A stretch of 33,000 nt of DNA from Hyphochytrium catenoides (Eukaryota; Protista; Hyphochytriomycota), in NCBI GenBank assembly GCA_900088475.1, contig FLMG01002957.1, positions 1 through 33,000 of the forward strand, read 5' to 3'. Below the pieces are notes generated by a model. It saw only the letters and a program-made list of their open reading frames with translations, searched no databases and had not been told where the DNA came from. Made by a program: the position numbers and the translations under genes. Every line of letters begins with the position of its first letter. Within the stretch, counting starts at the first letter, position 1. Shown here in pieces: positions 24,164 to 33,000 of this stretch.

Positions 24164-26093
24164 TCAGATAGGTCAATGGGTGCTCAGGTAAAGGTGGGTT
24201 AGGTTTACCCCACAGAGGTATAAAGAGATAGGCAACGGAACCCAGGACACTTGTGGCACCACAACACCAATCGCAATGGCAACCTGTTGACCAACGAAAA
24301 TAGTGTCTTTTCCCAGAGGTCGTACCGCTGCAGCCGTCAGATAGCCCTGCATGCGACTACGAGTACGTTATCTTGCATGAGAGCCGAAAAAGGAACTCCC
24401 AGAATGAGGGGTACCGAGGATAGGTGTTGGAGTAGGTCCTGAACGGGACTAAATTTCTACTCCGTATTTGTTTGCTGGTTGGCATTTTGACTGCCAATTG
24501 ACCTTAAGCCTTATTAACTGGCTACGAAGCAGATGGTTTCCAATCAGATAATGTTATGTCGACCTTTGATATCGTTCTAAATGTCTGCCTAAATCTTAGA
24601 CGCTGGTCACCAGTCTGCCAATGGCGGTGGAATGTCCGGGTAGGCTGATCTCTAGGCATTAGTTCTTTATTACAATGGCTTTAGCAGGTGGGTTGGTTCT
24701 CAGGCCTTAAAAGTTTGACACAGCCGAATGCGCAGTACAGATGCCTTTGTCTCTCTTTCTGTTGAGGCATTTCTACTGCTCGAACCGTCTTATCCTCCTC
24801 CTTTCTAAGGATAGAACAAGAATGTCAGGCTTGTGCTCAGACAAGGAAGTTGTTGGCATGATGGCTGTCTGGCCTTCGTCCTTTTTTCAAGACAAATCAC
24901 TCAACTTTTGTAAAGATGGCTCCTTATTCATAATCTAGGTCTTCATAATACTGAATAACCAACCGAATGGTTCTTCGATTCTTCATCTGATTCGCTCTAG
25001 ACAGCTTTGAAAGTGCAGTTGTGGAACAGGAGGGAGGACAAGCGCGGTACAGAGAGAAAAGACACAGGGCGGAGAAGTGGTCAGCGCAAGTGCACTCACC
25101 TCGACAGTGATGTTCTCACTTTGTTCACCGTTTTCCCCAACTCTCTCTCTCTCTCTCTCTCTCTGTTTCCCATTTTCTCTCTCTCTCTCTCTCTCTCTCT
25201 GTTTCCCACCATCTCTCTCTTTTTCTCTCTTTCTGTCTCTTTCCCCTCCTCTCACTCTCTCTCTCTCTTACTCTTCTTCCTCGGCTCACGGCCGGGGGAA
25301 CTCAACACTTTCTCTGTGCATCTTGAGACTCATCATCTACCTGTTTCCTCTTCTCTTCTTTCCTCCCCTTTCTTTTCCTCTCTCAATCTTCAATGTCTTT
25401 GATCGCTGCTGCTTTGCTATGCAGGAACCAGGCAGGATTGATGATCATATTCCATTGACGTAAGCGTCTCTTCACTGTTCCCCATCGATCGATATACACA
25501 AAGTCTCTCAGGCTTTCATCTTCCTTCCTCCATCTCATGTCCTACCTCTGTCGGCACCACAGTCCTCCCAGATAGCACATCAACTGGACTTCTAGGTCTC
25601 AGTACCAGGAGATAAACCAAAGACATTGAAACGTTGCACAGTCTCTGTTCCTCATCCTCTGATGTCTGCATATCACCAATCAACTATCCGACGAGAGGGA
25701 GGATAAACCAAAGGTTACATCTTCTGCTCTTATCATAAGCCCACTGCCTGGTGGAAATGCACAGAGCAAAAGTTCTCTGACCGTTCGTGATGTCTCTTCA
25801 CCCGTAAGCACTTCTCTCTCTTCTCATCAAGTCTGCACTGTTCTCCCCCTTCATCTCTCTATCGTAGAGCACTCGAAACGTCCATTCTTCAGCGGGATGA
25901 TAGAAGAAAGCGTTTCGTCTTCCTCCTTTCCTTTTCTCACAAAGGAAGATCAACAGTCACAAGAAGCTGGAGATCTGACAGCCCTGGTTCTCATCTCACT
26001 TCACCTTTTCCCAGCTCCTCCCCAACAGAGCCAAATCCTCAGCGCAGCCGCTCTTCTCTATATTCCTGATCAGTTCTTATCAACCTTCAAAGA

Positions 26094-27152
26094 ATGGCTG
26101 GAATGAGACAACTCATCGCCGCAGCTGCCGCTGCACTCGCGGTCGTTTCCTCCGTCACCGATGCCCACAAGGAGGAGGAACGCCGCTCTCTGGGTGGCCA
26201 ATTTGACAATGGCTTCAACAACGGATTCAATAATGGATTCAACAACGGATTCAACAACGGATTCAACAACATTAACTTTGCACAGAAGAACAAGTTCCAT
26301 TTCTTCAATGGCGGACAGGTTCAGGAGGTCTGCGCTTGCAATTGCAAGGTGATCGGCAACGTGTTCAACGGCGGCTTCGATAACCAGTTTGGTGGTGGCT
26401 TCAACAATCACATTGGAGGCGGCTTCTCTTCCTTCCCGGGAAGCTCCTTCACAGCTGACCAACAAGGCTCCTCTGCAAACTTTGCTGCTGAATCTGGTGA
26501 AGAACAAAATGATCAGACTCCTGAAGGCCAGGAAGGTGCGGGAGCCAAGCGGAAGCTGGATCATCCTGAGGGTGGTCATGAGGGAGAGACTCCCACCAGC
26601 AACTTCGCAGGTTCATTTGACAACAACTTCGGCGGCGGCTTTAATAATGTCAATGGTCAGTTTGGAGGCTTTAACCAAGTAAATGGACACTTCGGAGGAT
26701 TCAACAACATCAACCAGCACTTTAAGCAAGTGTGCGCGTGCTCTTGCAAGCTTATCGTCAACAATGGCTTCAACGTGCACCAGCAGTTTGGAGGCAATGT
26801 TTTTGGAAACAACGTCCATGGCGGCTTTAACGGTGGCTTTAACGGTGGCTTCAACGGAGGTTTCAACGGTGGCTTCGCTACTGGCACCAGTGGGATCAGC
26901 GAGAACATTGGAGGCATTAGCTCAAGCAGCACCAACGATATCGGAAACATTGGGACCGTCAACAACGGCCAGAATGGAGCCATTCTTGGCGGAGTCAACG
27001 CTGAGCAGCAGCAGCAGCAGGGCGGCATTGCAGCTGCAAATGTCAACGGCAAGACCTTCCAGCGGTCTTCCACTACCAGCCCTAACAACAACTTTAGGTC
27101 GGCCTCTTCAACCTTGAGGAGAAAAGCCTCTCATGTCACCTTCCAGACGTAG
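26094..27152 (+). CDS. Secreted Asn/Gly/Phe-rich repeat protein with two VCACxCK modules (352-aa precursor)
   Basis: Uninterrupted ORF. Signal peptide MAGMRQLIAAAAAALAVVSSVTDA; (NGFN)5 and (GGFN)4 repeats with synonymous variation; VCACNCKVI and VCACSCKLI motifs; C-ending codon bias (AAC/GGC/TTC). Confidence 0.88.
   Translation: MAGMRQLIAAAAAALAVVSSVTDAHKEEERRSLGGQFDNGFNNGFNNGFNNGFNNGFNNINFAQKNKFHFFNGGQVQEVCACNCKVIGNVFNGGFDNQFGGGFNNHIGGGFSSFPGSSFTADQQGSSANFAAESGEEQNDQTPEGQEGAGAKRKLDHPEGGHEGETPTSNFAGSFDNNFGGGFNNVNGQFGGFNQVNGHFGGFNNINQHFKQVCACSCKLIVNNGFNVHQQFGGNVFGNNVHGGFNGGFNGGFNGGFNGGFATGTSGISENIGGISSSSTNDIGNIGTVNNGQNGAILGGVNAEQQQQQGGIAAANVNGKTFQRSSTTSPNNNFRSASSTLRRKASHVTFQT
26208..26267 (+). 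repeat. Coding 12-nt tandem repeat (AAYGGMTTCAAY x5, NGFN)
   Basis: Directly visible, with variation at third codon positions. Confidence 0.9.
26820..26876 (+). repeat. Coding 12-nt tandem repeat (GGFN x4 + GGF)
   Basis: ggcggctttaac ggtggctttaac ggtggcttcaac ggaggtttcaac ggtggcttc. Confidence 0.9.
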
Positions 27153-27649
27153 CTAGGAAGAAATGGTGAAGTAATGCAGTGGACCAAGCCTGAGCATGTC
27201 AGTTTTTGATCATTTGAGAGACAGAGAAAGGAGAGTTACGTCTCACTTTTTCTGGATGGATTTCATCGTGTCTTTAGCGTAGTATCAGCTGTCATTATGT
27301 CGCCATATGCTTCCTCCTCTCGAGAACGCTGTGGTGAGCATAAGAAGATTTAACCCCAATAAATGTTAACGAGTTTGATACAACGTGACAGGCCGTAGAC
27401 ACAGGATAGTGAGTTGCCTTGCCCTTCTCTTCTAACAACGAAAGTCCAAATATCATCGTGTCTTTGTCTGACTGTTGAGCACAGCTCAAGCATTGTCCCA
27501 ATTGAAAAAGAGGAGGTAATTGCGGAAAGATTCCTCTATGCTATTGCCGCCATGACATAGGGGAAATGACAAGAGGAACGTCAACCTCAATAGTGTCTGT
27601 GTCTGGTAAATAAAGGTGGTTCTCGTGGTTATATCACTGTTTACTAAGT

Positions 27650-28454
<805 letters not shown>

Positions 28455-30120
28455 TCAATCAAAGTAGTGAGTGCCATGATGTCTTCCCGTCTACTAATAT
28501 TGCATATGCACTGAATGGCGACGATCCTCTCCTGCTGAGGCCCCACAACTGCACGGGCCCATATAAATTATAGTATCTCAAAATAAAGGCGAAGAGACCA
28601 CTTGACAGGGGGTTAGCAAGAAAAGCTCATGCATAACAACATGACTTACTTGGTGGTGCTCTGTGGAGTCTCACCTACGGCTGCAACAATGGCAATGAAA
28701 TAAGCTCCAAATCTTCACTGGAGATTCCGGTTCTGAGCTGATTCTGAGCGCCGATTTTTGGAGACCGCAAAGCTTCGCTTCTCTCCCCGCCATAAACCTC
28801 GGCAGTGCGTAGTGCTACAGCAATGTAGGCGCTAACAGCTGTCAAGACAATTTATTACTACTGCCAAGGCTAGAGCGACCAGCGCGTATTACTTTTTTCT
28901 CCTCCTATAGGTTTGTTAGTAATGGAAGACCGTAAGAGGGTATTATTACTCTGCAGAGGCAGTGTCTGGGAACTTCGGGAGAGAATGAAGGGCGCAGATT
29001 GCACCGGAGAATTTTCCCTGTAAAATGTATGGAAAAGCATTACTACTTCAGAAACACCATAGTAAGTTCTTGGCTAAGGAAATAAATGCTTGTAGTCTTG
29101 GCTTTCCTGTGTTGGGTTAGCGGAGGTAGGAGGAGTACTGTTATCAACCTCATTGCCTCATTCTGTGGAGGGGAAAGGGCCCGAGTCCCATGACCATACC
29201 GATTCCGAAAATTGCGGGTGAAGTATTGGTAAAACTTCTTATACTTTCACCAAGATCTCACCTTTAGATTTAAATTTCGTTTCCTCTATTGTGAGAAAGA
29301 TTCTGAAGTGGTCATGACCTTTTTGTTAACTGTACTCGTACAAGCCCCTACAACAGAGAGAACTTATTTACCTCCTATAACTGCACCGTTTTCACTATGG
29401 TATGCAAGCAAAAAAGACGCGGGAGTGGGCTTTCGAAAGGTTTTCGACGCGTGAGGTTGTGACTTGTCTGTGTATGAAATTAACAAAAGGTGGGTGAGGT
29501 TTCCAAGGCCTTCGTAACTACATAGTATTATTCAACTCGTACTTTGTGTGTGAATCTATCACGATTGTAAGTGGCTGATTCCACAATGTGTAAAGCCATC
29601 ACTTGAGTTCCCATGATCCCAAGCCGTACGCCCCTACACACTACTGTAACAACAACTACAGCAAGCACTTCCTGGATAACCATAATCAGTTATCTAAAGT
29701 AAGTCAGAGTCGGTAACCGGTTAGTGATCTATCAACACCTACAAGAATCTGTCATCTGTCCTTTCAAAGTTTGTCCACTCGGCGGAACTCCGTTGGCGAC
29801 ACTTCTCACTTCGTTGCCGCTTCCTTGTTGTTTGTCGCCGCCTTTGCTTCTGGGCTGTGCTCAACTTCCTCCTCATCACAGCGCGGCGTCCAACGGAATT
29901 GGCGGTTTTCATAAGCTGTGCTTCTATCTGGACTGATCGTTAGGAAAAGCATTTCTTAGTGGTGCCGCCCGGCGAGCAAGTGTGTGCTCCGACAAAGGTG
30001 GCCAGGTATCTCTGTCCAGATTGTCAAAGGAGGAGAGTGGAGAAGGACGTCACGCGGATCAAACAGCATTAGTCCAAGCGGCAGAGCTCTTCTCATAACT
30101 CATAGGCTGCTGAAGCAAAG

Positions 30121-32102
30121 ATGACCTCCCAGAATCCGCTGAAGAGAATCTCTCAGCAGACCTTTGACGAGACCGTGCAGGAGAATATGGAGGAGTTCGA
30201 CATGGGCCGAGAAGAGGCTATCGCCGACGCGATCAAGCAATTTGAGAGCCAAGGAATAGACCTGACCAATATATTGAAAGGAGTTGATCTCCCGGCTTCA
30301 GAGGTGGTCACCTTTCCGCATTGCTCCGCTTTGTAATAATATCGGGATTCTAACTCTGTCTCTCTCCAACTGTTACTCTTGTCCAACAGGAAGGAGCAGA
30401 GGTGGTAAAGTTGTTTAGAAGTATCGAAGAAGAACTATCAGGCGGTACTTGTCTCTCACTGCCTCTCTCTCTGCCTCTCTCTCTCTCTCTCGGGTGTCTG
30501 TCTTTCTCTGGGTCTCTCTGTCTTTCTCTGGGTCTCTCTGTCTTTCTCTGGGTCTTTCTGTCTTTCTCTGAGTCTCTCTCCCTCTCTCTCTGTCTTTCAC
30601 ACTCTCCTCCTTGCTCTCTCTGTCTCTCTCATTCCTCTCTCACTCGGTGCGCGCACTTGACTCAATAACCTTTTTATTTCTCCCTTTCTTGCCTTGCTAT
30701 GCACTTCCTACTGTCCCAGTCGTTGCTTCAGCTTGACTTTTGCCTTTGTTGAGACCTACAGCTACCTCCTGAATCCGTGCCTATTGATGGCCAGTAGTGG
30801 TAAAGATTTACTTACATATTGTTCCTTTCTCTCCGCGCTTGATTAGAGAAGACACATCCAGAAAGCGTCCTAGCCAACTTTACACGGATTCAGGAGCTCA
30901 TGCAGGGGGAAGGACTCAATAAGGACGTAGCTGGACGTAATGGCGGCGTTGAGATCTGCTTGATGGCAATTCAAGCTGAACCCACAGAGATTATTAATGC
31001 GGGGCTAAATACCCTGCGGCAGCTTATAGCTGGACATCCGGTTAACAGGAACTTTATACGCCAGGAAGGCATTGAGACGATTGGGAACCTTCTCTGGTCG
31101 ACGGACATTGGGGAAGATCTTGCTGGCAGTGGCTTTCAAGCCCTCCGACAGGCTTTCATCAGATCAGAAGAGAACAAAGTCTTTTTTCGAAAGACTCGTG
31201 GTGTCGCTTTATTCCTGCGTTACATCAAGGAGAATAGTCTAAAGGCGGACCTTCTTACGGATGCTTGCGCTGCTCTCCGGGCCTTCTGTGTCAATGACGA
31301 TCCCTCTGCCCAGATGGGCGGCCAGGCTAACGAAGTGATCAAGGAGCTGATTGCGGACAGCGCCTTAGACTTTCTCCTTCAAGCACTAAGGAGGAACGCG
31401 ACGGAGCGGAAAGCAGAAATTGCCTTTCTTACACAGTGTACTCTAGCGTTGAAGCAGTTGGTAACGACACAGGAGTCATGTCGCCTAGTAGTAGAAGCAG
31501 GAGGACTGGACGTTATTCTCTCAGTCTTGAAGGATTATGGTGCTGCCAGTCCCTCCGTCGCACGGGCTTGCATATCCCTTCTAAGGAACATTGCGGGCAA
31601 CGACGAGTTCAAGACCCTATTGGTCTCTTCCGGAGCTCTGAGCATGATCCTGGCACAGATGCAGACCCACTCAACAGATGCAGGAGTGCAGGAGGTATCT
31701 TGTGCCGCCATTGCGGCCATTGCGTTGCGGAAACCATCAAACTGTGAGACAATAGTGAACGCTGGAGCCATCAGTCTCATCGTGAGAGCCATAGAAAGGT
31801 ACCAACAGGATGAGAATGTGCTTCGACAAGCTTGCATTGCGATAAGGAATGTAACAGTACGCAATCCGGAGCTCCGCCCGCTAGTGCTAGAAGAAGGCGT
31901 AGAGGAGTTACTCCGACCGCTGCAAGCATATCCAGTGTGCGGTGAATTTGCGTATGCAGCGCTAAGGGACATGGGATGCGAGGTGCGACTCGCTTCTATT
32001 GGAGGCAAAGGACCCACGAACTTCAATCCCACTTTCCAAACCTCAAATGACTTAGAAGATGCGATAGAAAGAGAACAGCATGCGCCGTTCGCAAGTGTAT
32101 AG
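30121..32102 (+). CDS. ARMC6: Armadillo repeat-containing protein 6
   Basis: Exons 30121-30303, 30390-30444, 30847-32102. The N-terminus RISQQTFDETVQENMEEFDM…EEAIADAIKQFESQGIDLTNI is the ARMC6 signature, followed by ARM repeats and C-terminal AYAALRDMGC. Confidence 0.9.
30497..30577 (+). repeat. 20-nt minisatellite (tctgtctttctctgggtctc x~4) in ARMC6 intron 2
   Basis: Directly visible. Confidence 0.85.
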
Positions 32103-32421
32103 GGATGACATCCGCTGAAGAGCAGTATCACAAAGGGCGAGGGCTATATAACAGGTTAGGCTAACGTATGGTTCTCGTACGCGCCCTTTTGCACTACGTA
32201 GCACCTCATCCCCTTTCATTCATGCTGTGCTATGCAAAGAGCGCTAGGACTCTTTAGTATCGCAACCAGCATTCTTATGAGGCCCAGTCCATCTTTCCTG
32301 GCAGGTTGCCCTCTTTCGGTGCCGGAACGCTGTTCGCCACTGCCAGTTGAACGAAGCAGTGTCAATTGCCACCATCTCTGTCACTTCTCTCCTCATCCTA
32401 CGCTTTGCCCCCATTGCCTGG

Positions 32422-33000
32422 TTACTGCTGCACCCAACTCTGCTCTACCACCTCACGCACGCGTCGATTGTACTCCCGTCTGTTCTCTTGAAATAGCCTA
32501 GCTGCCTCAGAATTCGCTGGGGAGTTGGGGTTGGGATCGCACAAGAGGGACTGACAGATGGCGAAAACAAGGACAAGTGAGATGTCTTAGAACTAGTTTG
32601 TAGGTCTCCCAGATCACCTTGACTGCCCGGCTCACCTGGATTGAGGTTAGAATGGCTGAGATGTCATAGATGGGACTCCATTGGTTCTGTAGAATATCCA
32701 AGCAGATCTGACCATCATTATATACTACGAGGAAGCAGAGAGGTGTTAGAGAAAAGCGCTGGTGAGGGACAAATGCTGACTGCAGGGGACAGGACCAAAT
32801 GATAATAGGACAAAAGGTCTTATACGCGCATGGAACTAAGACGAGACAAGAGCCTGACAGCAGAGAAGTAGCACGAGAAGTGGAGGGAGCAGCGATCATG
32901 CGTTGGTTGTCACTCAACTATTCGGATGGAACATCTTCGTAACAAACTTCACATTTGGCGCTTTGTTCGGATAGTCCTCGTTAAACTCCAGAATTAGGTT
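32422..33000 (-). CDS. RAD6: Ubiquitin-conjugating enzyme E2, RAD6/UBC2 (UBE2A/B) type, 5'-truncated by the window edge
   Basis: Exons >33000-32919, 32724-32636, 32550-32422, translating as [89 protein letters not shown]. Confidence 0.96.

Noticed and set aside
26070-27117. Antisense and alternative-frame ORFs over the NGF-repeat gene (PLLN/PPLK and STTD repeats)
   Set aside because: These are shadows of the repetitive sense ORF. The synonymous pattern and signal peptide support only the 26094-27152 frame.
26094-27152. FG-nucleoporin assignment, given FG/GF repeats next to Ran
   Set aside because: An N-terminal signal peptide, CxCxC motifs and the lack of a Nup anchor domain argue for secretion. 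Proximity to Ran is likely coincidental.

Overview
Compact, intron-rich eukaryotic DNA from a protist. The Ran and UBA3 sequences look SAR/stramenopile-like (inference). Most six-frame ORFs are artefacts of (CT)n/(GA)n microsatellites that fill the introns, so I rebuilt the genes by hand from GT/GC-AG junctions and reading-frame continuity. In order: a ~15-exon pseudokinase-like gene (+), NEDD8 E1 catalytic subunit UBA3 (-, first intron GC-AG), an equilibrative nucleoside transporter (+), RED/IK spliceosomal protein (+), a Maf/YhdE-type nucleotide pyrophosphatase (-), a small multi-pass membrane protein (+), a ~4 kb gene-poor stretch, a secreted Asn/Gly/Phe-repeat protein with an uninterrupted CDS (+), Ran (-), ARMC6 (+) and the 3' part of RAD6/UBC2 (-). 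The best candidate for something undescribed is the secreted precursor at 26094-27152. It has a signal peptide, two RxL/dibasic putative processing sites and two duplicated NGF-rich modules, each centred on VCACxCK. The second candidate is the pseudokinase, which appears to carry a chagasin/Ig-like insert in its C-lobe. No database searches were possible, so all family calls rest on recognised motifs.
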